Shown: in pieces, positions 1-8,049 of the stretch
Position numbering within the stretch: the first letter of the stretch is position 1
Layout of the letters: the number at the start of each line of letters is the position of its first letter
Origin: Candidatus Woesearchaeota archaeon
Lineage (GTDB): Archaea; Nanobdellota; Nanobdellia; Woesearchaeales; GW2011-AR9
Direction of reading: 5' to 3'
DNA: 24,000 nt
NCBI GenBank assembly: GCA_018696595.1
Contig: JABHQW010000002.1
Span: 74,128-98,127, forward strand
Program-made: the position numbers and the translations under genes
The notes under the pieces: generated by a model
Told to the model about the DNA's origin: nothing
The model's input: the letters and a program-made list of their open reading frames with translations, nothing else
Database searches by the model: none

Positions 1-447
1 GTTGGAACTTTAACTAGAAAACTTTCTCAGAAAGTTTTACCTAAAGGAAGAGTTTATGCTTTTGATTTTATTGAGCATAATGTTAGGGTTGCTTTATCTC
101 ATATGAAGAGACACGGACATGTTAACTTTTACCACCATAAACATTTAGATCATTTTAAAACAACTATCAAATTGCCGAAGATGGATGCTTTAGTTTCTAC
201 TGGTTCTTTGTCTTATATGCAAAAGCCACAAAATGTTTTGAACCATTTAGGTAAGCATGTCAAGAAAGGTGGCCGAGTTGTATTCTTAGATTACGATCAG
301 TTCTTTTTCTTTATTCCTAATGTGCCCTGGATTAGTGATGAGAAAAAACTTAAAAAGATGTTTAAGATTGCTAGTTTTGAAGTTGAAGTTATTAAGAAAC
401 GCGGATTGTTATGGAGACATATCTTTATTCATGGTAAGAAAGTTTAA
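1..447 (+). CDS. C-terminal part of class I SAM-dependent methyltransferase-like domain (5' truncated by window edge; may be the tail of a larger permease fusion)
   Basis: Frame 1 is open from base 1 (VGTLTRKLSQKVLPKGRVYAFDF...) to the stop at 445-447. Clearly homologous to the C-terminus of the 3929-6004 product (e.g. 'TGSLSYMQKPQNVLNHLGKHVKKGGRVVFLDYDQFFFFIPNVPWI' vs 'VGMLSYMQNPLKVLSSLAKRVKRGADVVFLDYDKFFYFIPNVKWI'). Confidence 0.75.
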   Translation, partial: VGTLTRKLSQKVLPKGRVYAFDFIEHNVRVALSHMKRHGHVNFYHHKHLDHFKTTIKLPKMDALVSTGSLSYMQKPQNVLNHLGKHVKKGGRVVFLDYDQFFFFIPNVPWISDEKKLKKMFKIASFEVEVIKKRGLLWRHIFIHGKKV

Positions 448-490
448 ATACTATTAAACAATAATTATTATTACAAAAAGAGGTAATAAA

Positions 491-2824
491 GTGGTGAGAA
501 ACAAATTAGACAAAATAATACAACTATTAATCCCTCCCTCATTAGTTCTCCTTCTTGTTGTTACTATCATTGAACTTTTTTATGGTGTTGGTAAATCTAT
601 GTCAATATTTATTGATATTTTTGATGTCTATGTGATTATTATTTTTGCTATTGATTTGTATTACCGATGGTTTGAAACTCCACGCTTTTGGCCTTATATT
701 AAAAAACACATTCTTGATATTATTGCTACTATCCCTTTCAACTTAATTTTTTTAGGAATTGAAGCACTCGCTTTAATAAGAGCGTTAAGGGGTGTTCGTA
801 TTATTGCTAGAATTGTTAAGTTTGCACGATTTGCACGTTATGGTCGTTTATTAAGATTATTAAGATTTGGTGCAAGAGCACCGAGATTTATTAGGGTAAG
901 AAAGCAAGTAAAAAAAGGTAAAATTCGTAAAGTTCAACCGCACGAAAAAGAGTTGAAGAAAACATTGAGTTTTAAAGTAATCCTCCTAATCACAATTAAC
1001 TCCATTATGGGTACTGGTATTTGGTTCCTTACTTCTGCAGGAGCTAAACATGCTGGTCCCGCTTCTTTAGTTTCTTGGGGTGTATTGTCTTTAATTTCTG
1101 TTTATATTGCGATGTGTTTTGGAGAATTAGTTTCTATGTTTCCAAAAGCAGGTGGCGTTTATGAGTTTGCTAAACAAGCTTACGGTAGATTTTGGAGTTT
1201 CGTTATTGGTTGGACCACATCTATTGCTGGAAGTGTAACTATTGCTATGCTTCTTTTAGGTGCGTTACAATATCTTATTCCTCTTAAATATTCTTTTACC
1301 TATATCCCTATTGCAATTTTTTTAATTATTGCTTTCAGTTATGTAGCATTTAGGGGGATGCAAACTTCAACCGTTGTTTTGGTGACCTTTGCAATCATTA
1401 CTTTAACTGCGGTTGTTTCAATTATCATTCCTGGATTTATTAATTTTAAACCGGGCAATCTTGATCCTTTCTTTGTTTTCCCAGCAATGAATGTCTTGTT
1501 AGCAATATTCTTTATTGCGGAAACTTTCTTTGGTTGGGAAAGTGCTATTTTTCTTTCTGCTGAAACAAAAAATCCTTCTAAAATAATGCCTAAGGCGTTA
1601 ATTTACGGAACTCTTATTATTGCGGTTTTGTCTTTCTTTTTAGCTCTTACAGCTATGGGTACTATTCCCTGGGCAGAATTTTCAGAATCTGTAGCACCAC
1701 TAAAAGATTTAGGAAGCGTCCATTTTGGAAATATTGGGGGGATAATCTTTGCAATATTGATTTTTATTTCTGTAATTGGTGCTACTGCAGGTTGGATTGT
1801 AACTGCACCAAGATTATTAATGTCTATTGCTGAAGATAAATTATTTTTCACTCAATTTGCAAAAATTCATCCCAAACATAAAAGCCCTTACGTTTCAATA
1901 ATTTTTCAAGTTTTAGTTGTTTCAACTTTAGTTATTGTTGGGGCTGGTTCGTATGAAACTTTATTGCATATGCTAATTCCTTTAATTTTGGTTGTCTATT
2001 CTGCTGTCTTGTTAAGTCTCGTTATTTTACGTTTTAAAAGACCAGAATTAAAACGACCTTACAAAGTTATTTTTGGAAAAGTTGGCCCTCTTATCACGAT
2101 GCTGTTTATGGTTTTTCTATTAATAATGTTTATTAAAGAAACTCATAGTGCTTTTGACATCTTGAGGATTTCTGCTGGTTTAGTTGCTTTTGGTATCCCT
2201 GCTTATTTCGCAATTGAATTATTTTATGATAAGAAATATGTTACTCTTAGAAGAAATTTGATGGCTAAGTTATCACATCATTATAATAAATTTCCTTTAA
2301 CTAAAATGACATTTAATAAAATAATTTCTTTAGTTGGACCATTTAATAAGAAATCTTCTCTTATGGTTTATAATTCTCCAATGGGGGCTTTTACTCAAAA
2401 AATTGTTAAATCTAAAATTCCTTTCCGTAAAATAATTATTGCCAATCAGTCAAAAGAAGAAATTAAAGTTTTCAAAGAAAAAATTTCTTCTGAAAATAGA
2501 AAACATATTGGTGTGCATTTGTTGAGAAAATTAAGTGTCCCTGTAAATGTGGGGAAAGTAAATGCTTTTGTTTCATTTAATAGTTTAGGACATGTTAAAG
2601 ACGTAGCTGGGTTTGTTCACAATGTAAAGAAAGTTCTTAATAAAAAAGGCAAGTTCTGTTTTTATGTTAAAAACAATTTTCTGAATATGACTCCTAATGC
2701 TTTATTAGTTGAAGATAAGAAAAAGATGCTGGCTTTGTTTAAGAAAGAAAAATTAGTGGTAACTTATAACAAAAAAAGAAGATTGTTTAAGACAGAAATA
2801 TTTATTTGTGGTAAAAAAGTTTAA
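491..2824 (+). CDS. Three-module membrane protein: N-terminal voltage-sensor-like TM domain, APC-type amino acid permease, degenerate C-terminal methyltransferase-like domain
   Basis: 777 aa ORF, GTG start with GAGGT upstream. Residues ~1-130 have four hydrophobic segments and an Arg-repeat S4-like helix (ALRGVRIIARIVKFARFARYGRLLRLLRF). APC-type first helix 'LLITINSIMGTGIWFLTSAGAKHAGPASLVSW' and 'GWESAIFLSAETKNPSKIMPKALIYGT' follow. The C-terminus aligns with the methyltransferase-like tail of 3929-6004. Confidence 0.8.
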   Translation: MVRNKLDKIIQLLIPPSLVLLLVVTIIELFYGVGKSMSIFIDIFDVYVIIIFAIDLYYRWFETPRFWPYIKKHILDIIATIPFNLIFLGIEALALIRALRGVRIIARIVKFARFARYGRLLRLLRFGARAPRFIRVRKQVKKGKIRKVQPHEKELKKTLSFKVILLITINSIMGTGIWFLTSAGAKHAGPASLVSWGVLSLISVYIAMCFGELVSMFPKAGGVYEFAKQAYGRFWSFVIGWTTSIAGSVTIAMLLLGALQYLIPLKYSFTYIPIAIFLIIAFSYVAFRGMQTSTVVLVTFAIITLTAVVSIIIPGFINFKPGNLDPFFVFPAMNVLLAIFFIAETFFGWESAIFLSAETKNPSKIMPKALIYGTLIIAVLSFFLALTAMGTIPWAEFSESVAPLKDLGSVHFGNIGGIIFAILIFISVIGATAGWIVTAPRLLMSIAEDKLFFTQFAKIHPKHKSPYVSIIFQVLVVSTLVIVGAGSYETLLHMLIPLILVVYSAVLLSLVILRFKRPELKRPYKVIFGKVGPLITMLFMVFLLIMFIKETHSAFDILRISAGLVAFGIPAYFAIELFYDKKYVTLRRNLMAKLSHHYNKFPLTKMTFNKIISLVGPFNKKSSLMVYNSPMGAFTQKIVKSKIPFRKIIIANQSKEEIKVFKEKISSENRKHIGVHLLRKLSVPVNVGKVNAFVSFNSLGHVKDVAGFVHNVKKVLNKKGKFCFYVKNNFLNMTPNALLVEDKKKMLALFKKEKLVVTYNKKRRLFKTEIFICGKKV

Positions 2825-2897
2825 TGAAAGTTTTATAAATAAAATCGTTTTTAAGAAATAAAGAGACTGATTCTGATGTTGGTGGAGGGAAGTAAAA

Positions 2898-3248
2898 ATG
2901 GTAAAATTAACTTATATTGAAAAAAAAGGATTTACTCAGAACAACCGTTATGACGCTGGAGTTCAAGCTATTAAGGCTACTGGTGTATTGGAAGCTTTTT
3001 ATAATTTATTGCCTAGTCATGATCAAAGAGGATTTAATATTTCTTCTGGTATCGTTGATACTCTCCCTTCTTACTTTGCGGTTCCTATCAAACGAAAATT
3101 AGAAAAAAGTTTTAACCCTAATATACATCCGCAGGATCCAGTAATTGCGGTTGCTGATTACAGATTAAATGAAAGAATTAATCTCAATCCAGAAGAAAAC
3201 CAAACTCTTGATAAATTAATGGAAGGAATAAGTATGGTGCCATTGTAA
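2898..3248 (+). CDS. Hypothetical protein (116 aa)
   Basis: ATG preceded by a GGTGGAGGGAAG SD-like sequence. No recognised family. Confidence 0.6.
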   Translation: MVKLTYIEKKGFTQNNRYDAGVQAIKATGVLEAFYNLLPSHDQRGFNISSGIVDTLPSYFAVPIKRKLEKSFNPNIHPQDPVIAVADYRLNERINLNPEENQTLDKLMEGISMVPL

Positions 3249-3256
3249 TCTTTCAT

Positions 3257-3835
3257 CTACTTTTTATTTTTGTTTTTCTTCAAATTTCTTTTCTCTAGAA
3301 CTTTTGTATGTTTCTTCTGATACTCTGGTTTGTGTCTATGAACATGATGTGTGACTTTTGTAAACAATCTTGATTTGGTAACAATTCTTAATGATCGAGC
3401 AGCTAATCTAATATACTTAGCAATTTTCTGACTTCTACTTAAGGCAGAGATGCCTTTTCTTGCTTCTAATGACTCATGTAATATTGCTTGACTAATGGTG
3501 TATTTTCCAGCAGTTGCAGCGACTCGCCAAACTCGACTTACAATAGTAAATACAATCACTAGGGGGACAACTGCGACTATATCTAACCAGTAACTTTTGA
3601 AAAAGAATTTCCAGGTTTTAGCTTTGATTGCCAAGAAGATCAAATCAATGACAAAGATGACGATGATAAAGTAATCTAATGCCACAATCGGTGTATGGTA
3701 AAGTTCAACAAAATGATGAACTGATTCGTTAAAGTACCCGATGACTTCTAAAACGATAATTATCAGCAAACCCACAATCGCTGCTGGAATTAACTTGGCA
3801 TTCCAATGTTCAACCTTTTCCCAAAAATTATTCAT
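3257..3835 (-). CDS. Stand-alone voltage-sensor-like / ion-channel-like TM protein
   Basis: The ORF extends to 3925, but the likely start is Met31 (MNNFWEKVEH..., start at 3835). Four TM segments with '...VALDYFIIVIFVIDLIFLAIKAKTWKFFFKSYWLDIVAVVPLVIVF...', the same layout as the N-terminal module of 491-2824 ('DIFDVYVIIIFAIDLYYRWFETPRFWPYIKKHILDIIATIPFNLIF'). Confidence 0.7.
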   Translation of the reverse strand: MNNFWEKVEHWNAKLIPAAIVGLLIIIVLEVIGYFNESVHHFVELYHTPIVALDYFIIVIFVIDLIFLAIKAKTWKFFFKSYWLDIVAVVPLVIVFTIVSRVWRVAATAGKYTISQAILHESLEARKGISALSRSQKIAKYIRLAARSLRIVTKSRLFTKVTHHVHRHKPEYQKKHTKVLEKRNLKKNKNKK

Positions 3836-3928
3836 AGAAGAAAGTAATTTTTTTAGGTATATAAATTTTGTCCTGTGATAACTTTTATAAATGATAGAAC
3901 AATAGTTAACTATGAAAAGAGGCATGAG

Positions 3929-6004
3929 ATGAAACTTAAACAGTTCTGGCAGTATTTAGTTACGGATAGTTCTAAGAAGAAGAAAGTTACAACTCTAACT
4001 TCTAATAAATCTATTTCTACTAAAACTGTAACTGTAAAAAGGCATCAATCTACCGCAAAAAGACTTCTCTCATCACCGGTTGTACTATTTATTTTAATTA
4101 ACTCTATCTTAGGGAGCTCATTATTTTACCTCCCCAGCCTAGGAGTTGTTTCTTCTGGGGCGGCATCACTTATTGCTTGGATTCTATTATTTGCTCTTTC
4201 AACATTTATGATGCTTTACGTTTCTGAATTAATTACTTTACATCCTACCTCAGGTGGAACTTACGAGTTCTGTAAACGAGCTTACGGAAGACAAATCTCT
4301 TTTTTTGCTGGCTGGATTATTTGGATTGCTGGAAATTTCGGAATGGCTCTTAATGTAGTGGCGGCTTCTGAATACTTTATCCCAGATACTTATTCTTACT
4401 ACTTCATTTTACGACTAGTTTTTGCAGCAATCTGGATTCTTGTTCTTAACTTTATGGCTTTTAGAGGAATAGATGCGGGAGCAACAATGTTAGTTGTTTT
4501 CGGAATTTTAACTGTGGTTGTAGTGATTGCAATGATCTTACCTTCTTTCATTGACATTCCTACTTTGTTTCAAGGAAGTTTAACCAGCCCATTTCAATTA
4601 GAAATGATGCAACCTTTCTTCCGTCATACTGGATTAGGAATATTTAGTTTCTTACTTCTCTCGGTTTTCTTAATCGCGGAAGCATTCTTTGGTTTTGAAA
4701 CAGTAAGTTATATGGCTAACGAAGTTAAAGATAAAAAGAATTTACCAAAAATAATGATTTCTGCAATGGTCATTTGTGGTGTTATCATGACGATTTATCT
4801 GTTAAGTTCGTTGGGGACAGTTTCTTATCATGATTATGTTAGTGATGCTCGGCCTTGGGCAGTACAGGCATTAAACAATATGGGCAGTTTAGGACAGAAC
4901 TTTGTTGTTTTTGGTATGTACCTAGTAATTATTGGTGCGGCAGCAGCGTGGCCAATTGCTAGTTCAAGATTGATTAGGGCGATGTCTAGCGATAAATTGT
5001 TTTTGAAACATTTCTCAAAGTTACATCCAAAACACAAATCTCCTTATCGTGCAGTTTATTTTCAAACAATCATAATTTTCTTATTTGCTTGGTTTATTTT
5101 TCGTGGATATATTGTTAAATGGGGTGATCCATATCGGACCATTTACTTAATCTACTTATTACTAAGTTTAATTGTACTATCACTTGTCCTTTTTGCAGTT
5201 CCTATCTTGAGGAAGAAAGAAGCACATTTGAAAAGAACATTTAAGGCGCCATTACCTTGGCTTGGTCCAATATTCTTTGTTGGTCTTTTTGTTTTCATGA
5301 TTATTAATTGGATCAGAATTGAAGGTGGTGTAGCAACGTCTGTAATTTTAATGGCAGGGTCATTTGTTGTTTTAGGAATTCCATTTTATTTCTTAGTGGA
5401 AATGTTTTACAATCCTAAGGCTATCATCTCAGTTAATGAAAGGTTATCTTATTTTGTAGTTATTGGAGAAAAATTATTTTTTCCTTTTACTATTAGAAAC
5501 AGATTGATTAAAGACCTAAAAACTTTGCGAGGGAAGTCTGTTTTAGAGTATGGTTGTTCTTTCGGAACACTAACTCGGAAGTTGGCAAAGAAAGTTACTT
5601 CTACTGGAAAAATTTACGCGACAGATTTATCTTTACACAAAGTTAAGATTGCTGATCAAAGAACAAAACGAATCAAGCATGTTTTTGTTCATCATCATCC
5701 TCATTTGAGTGATTTCAAATTGAAATTGCCTCAGAAGGTTGATAACGTGCTCTCTGTGGGGATGTTATCTTACATGCAGAATCCTTTGAAAGTATTGTCA
5801 AGTTTAGCGAAGCGAGTAAAAAGGGGTGCTGACGTAGTATTCTTGGATTATGATAAATTCTTTTACTTTATTCCTAACGTGAAGTGGATTGAAGAAGATA
5901 AAAAGCTAATTGCTTTATTCAAACGAGCGGGTTACAAAGTCAAAGTAGAAAGAAAACGTGGTTTATTATGGACTTATGTTATTATTAGTGGAAAAAGAGT
6001 TTAA
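3929..6004 (+). CDS. APC-type amino acid permease fused to a C-terminal class I SAM methyltransferase-like domain
   Basis: Track ORF starts at 3875; internal ATG at 3929 (MKLKQFWQYLV) is more plausible. Permease motifs 'LFILINSILGSSLFYLPSLGVVSSGAASLIAW', 'GFETVSYMANEVKDKKNLPKIMISAM'. C-terminal motif I-like 'SVLEYGCSFGTLTRKLAKKVTSTGKIYATDLS'. Confidence 0.85.
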   Translation: MKLKQFWQYLVTDSSKKKKVTTLTSNKSISTKTVTVKRHQSTAKRLLSSPVVLFILINSILGSSLFYLPSLGVVSSGAASLIAWILLFALSTFMMLYVSELITLHPTSGGTYEFCKRAYGRQISFFAGWIIWIAGNFGMALNVVAASEYFIPDTYSYYFILRLVFAAIWILVLNFMAFRGIDAGATMLVVFGILTVVVVIAMILPSFIDIPTLFQGSLTSPFQLEMMQPFFRHTGLGIFSFLLLSVFLIAEAFFGFETVSYMANEVKDKKNLPKIMISAMVICGVIMTIYLLSSLGTVSYHDYVSDARPWAVQALNNMGSLGQNFVVFGMYLVIIGAAAAWPIASSRLIRAMSSDKLFLKHFSKLHPKHKSPYRAVYFQTIIIFLFAWFIFRGYIVKWGDPYRTIYLIYLLLSLIVLSLVLFAVPILRKKEAHLKRTFKAPLPWLGPIFFVGLFVFMIINWIRIEGGVATSVILMAGSFVVLGIPFYFLVEMFYNPKAIISVNERLSYFVVIGEKLFFPFTIRNRLIKDLKTLRGKSVLEYGCSFGTLTRKLAKKVTSTGKIYATDLSLHKVKIADQRTKRIKHVFVHHHPHLSDFKLKLPQKVDNVLSVGMLSYMQNPLKVLSSLAKRVKRGADVVFLDYDKFFYFIPNVKWIEEDKKLIALFKRAGYKVKVERKRGLLWTYVIISGKRV

Positions 6005-6009
6005 GAAAT

Positions 6010-7074
6010 TTATTTTCTTTTCTTTTTCTTTACTACTTTTTTTTTAATAACTTTCTTGGCAGTTTTCTTTTTGAGAGTTTTCTTCTTTACTGGTTTCTTT
6101 TTAGCAACTTTTTTTACTGTCTTTTTCTTTGTTACTTTCTTTTTAGCTACCTTTTTCTTGACAGGTTTTGTTACAACTTTCTTTTTAGAAGATTCTTTCT
6201 TACTAAAACTTACACTTTTCTTAGCAGCTAAATTTAATTTCTCTAAATCTTCAACAATATCAGAAGCAATGAAACAGTAACCTTTTTTTCTCTTCAATAA
6301 TTGGTCGCCAACCCAGCCATTAACATAACTTGCCGCAACTGCACTTTTAAACAAGTCTCTTGTCTTAGATAAAAATCCCACTGCTAGACCCGCTAAAACA
6401 TCTCCTGTGCCAGCTTTAGTCATTCCTTGATTGCCAGTTCTATTGTAAGCAACTTTATTTCTTGAAATAATTATATCTGTGGCTCCTTTCAGAAGTAGAA
6501 CATTATTGTTTTGTAAAAAGTAACGTAAGTTTCCTTGCAGAATATCTGCTTTTTCTTTAGCATTAGCTGATTTTAGTTTTGGTAACAGAAACTCTTTGCC
6601 ACTGTTAGCTAACATCATTTCTAATTCTGCTTCGTGTGGAGTAATGATAGAATTGTTGAAATCTTTAAATGACATTGATTTTAATGCATCAGCATCAACA
6701 ACTTTTAATCGTGGTGATTTTCTGATAAAATATTGGCTGAACTTGTCTGCTTTTCTGGTAATACCATTGCCTAAACAAATTGCATCAAATAATTCTGCAT
6801 ACTTAACCATTTCTTTTGCGTTTTTAATATTAAAATTACTGCCTTTGATTTTGTGAGTTATTAAATCTGGAGAGTAAGAGTTAATTATCCAAGCAACCTT
6901 TTCTGGGGCTGCAATCGTTACTGAATCACAACCAGCTCTTAGTGCTGCTAATCCTGCAAGGGCTGGAGCACCAACATAATCTTCAGAACCGCCAATAATT
7001 AAGGCATAACCATTTTCTCCTTTAGAAGAATTTTTCTTTCTGTCCATTAACTTTTTCACTTGATTAAGATTCAT
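6010..7074 (-). CDS. nnrD: ADP/ATP-dependent NAD(P)H-hydrate dehydratase (NnrD/YjeF C-terminal family) with long Lys-rich C-terminal tail
   Basis: 'SSKGENGYALIIGGSEDYVGAPALAGLAALRAGCDSVTIAAP', 'VVDADAL', 'IITPHEAELEMM', 'LLLKGATDIII', 'NRTGNQGMTKAGTGDVLAGLAVGFL'. The last ~75 aa are KKKxxKK repeats. Confidence 0.88.
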   Translation of the reverse strand: MNLNQVKKLMDRKKNSSKGENGYALIIGGSEDYVGAPALAGLAALRAGCDSVTIAAPEKVAWIINSYSPDLITHKIKGSNFNIKNAKEMVKYAELFDAICLGNGITRKADKFSQYFIRKSPRLKVVDADALKSMSFKDFNNSIITPHEAELEMMLANSGKEFLLPKLKSANAKEKADILQGNLRYFLQNNNVLLLKGATDIIISRNKVAYNRTGNQGMTKAGTGDVLAGLAVGFLSKTRDLFKSAVAASYVNGWVGDQLLKRKKGYCFIASDIVEDLEKLNLAAKKSVSFSKKESSKKKVVTKPVKKKVAKKKVTKKKTVKKVAKKKPVKKKTLKKKTAKKVIKKKVVKKKKRK

Positions 7075-7321
7075 TTGCTTACCTCTTTTTTAAACTACGA
7101 TTTAAAAAAAGGTCAAAAGGAATTTGTTCCTTTGCTTACCTCTTTTTAAATACCTTTGATTTTTAATTATGTTATTTATAAAGTAGGCTAGTTTTTGAGG
7201 TTTATTAATCTTTGTAATTATTAAAGGGTAGATAATCTTCTTTTTTATTGTATTTAGGGTTATTATTTGTATTTGTTTGAAGAACGATAACAATATAAAC
7301 TTCTTTTAGATTTCTAATAGA

Positions 7322-7825
7322 ATGAAACATACTTTTGTATTTATTGATAAAATTGTGGATTTGCTTAGTGGTGGTCCGCGTCAGACTATAGAAACTCCAG
7401 AAAGGAAAGAAGAAGCTAGAAAAATTTGCACCGAACTTCTGAAGTATATTGGGATTCTTGATACGCTCATTAAGAACCATAAAGAAGAAAAATATTTGAA
7501 AAGATTACACGATGCCCACATTTCTAAGATTAGCGATTGGGCAGATCAAGTAGCTAAATTGTTTGAAAGATTTGATTCTTTCTTAAGGATCTTAGAAGCT
7601 GACATTAAAAAATTACAAGCAATTATAGAGGGTGATAGAGATGAAGAATGGTCAACACGGTTTGGTTCTACTGGTTTTGGTTTATATATGTCTGGATTGC
7701 ATGATAAAGAAAATGAAATGAAAAGGTTCAGAGAGATTGCAGTTTTTGAAATGCATGAACTTAAAGGAACGATTTCAGCCGAACATCTGGCGGAATTGGA
7801 ACAAGTTTTAGATTTATTAGAATGA
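7322..7825 (+). CDS. Hypothetical charged/helical protein (167 aa)
   Basis: Long ORF with balanced composition, ending shortly before the tRNA-Ile gene. No recognised family. Confidence 0.6.
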   Translation: MKHTFVFIDKIVDLLSGGPRQTIETPERKEEARKICTELLKYIGILDTLIKNHKEEKYLKRLHDAHISKISDWADQVAKLFERFDSFLRILEADIKKLQAIIEGDRDEEWSTRFGSTGFGLYMSGLHDKENEMKRFREIAVFEMHELKGTISAEHLAELEQVLDLLE

Positions 7826-7920
7826 TTTATTTGACTCTTAAAGAAAAACCTTTTAAATAAACTAACATATTCTTCTGAGTGTGGCCCCATAGCTTACCCT
7901 GGTGGAGCGCCAGTCTTATA

Positions 7921-7947
7921 TGGCAGTGTTCTACACAATCGCAAGAC
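7921..7947 (+). other. 27-nt tRNA intron at position 37/38 of tRNA-Ile
   Basis: Removal restores loop CTTATAA. Exon C32-U34 can pair with intron AAG (7943-7945). The BHB is relaxed, with a central helix of only 3 bp. Confidence 0.65.
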
Positions 7948-7969
7948 AGCTGGAGGTTCCGGGTTCAAA

Positions 7970-8049
7970 ACAGTTATTTCGCCAACTGGGAGCGAGAGGC
8001 GGCGTAATCTCGCGTTGCTCGCTTAACCCCCTGCGAAAAACTATGAAAG
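7970..8049 (+). other. 80-nt tRNA intron at position 59/60 (T-loop) of tRNA-Ile
   Basis: T54-A57 TTCA (7964-7967) pairs with TGAA (8044-8047). Inner helix AGTT(A)TTTCGC (7972-7982) pairs with GCGAAAAACT (8033-8042). Removal gives TTCAAAT flanked by a perfect T-stem. Confidence 0.8.

Noticed and set aside
3875-3928. Longer N-terminus for the permease ORF (MITFINDRTIVNYEKRHE...)
   Set aside because: This stretch overlaps the extended frame of the divergent gene and lies where a promoter is needed; Met at 3929 gives a more natural start.
6056-6280. 74-aa Phe-rich plus-strand ORF
   Set aside because: Antisense to the lysine-rich repeat tail; the pattern is a product of the poly-A/poly-T repeat DNA.
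7102-7293. 63-aa minus-strand ORF
   Set aside because: Very Ile/Lys-rich translation of AT-rich intergenic DNA, overlapping the putative nnrD leader. No RBS support.
7205-7480. 91-aa minus-strand ORF
   Set aside because: Overlaps the better-supported plus-strand 7322-7825 CDS in antisense; composition looks like an AT-rich random frame.
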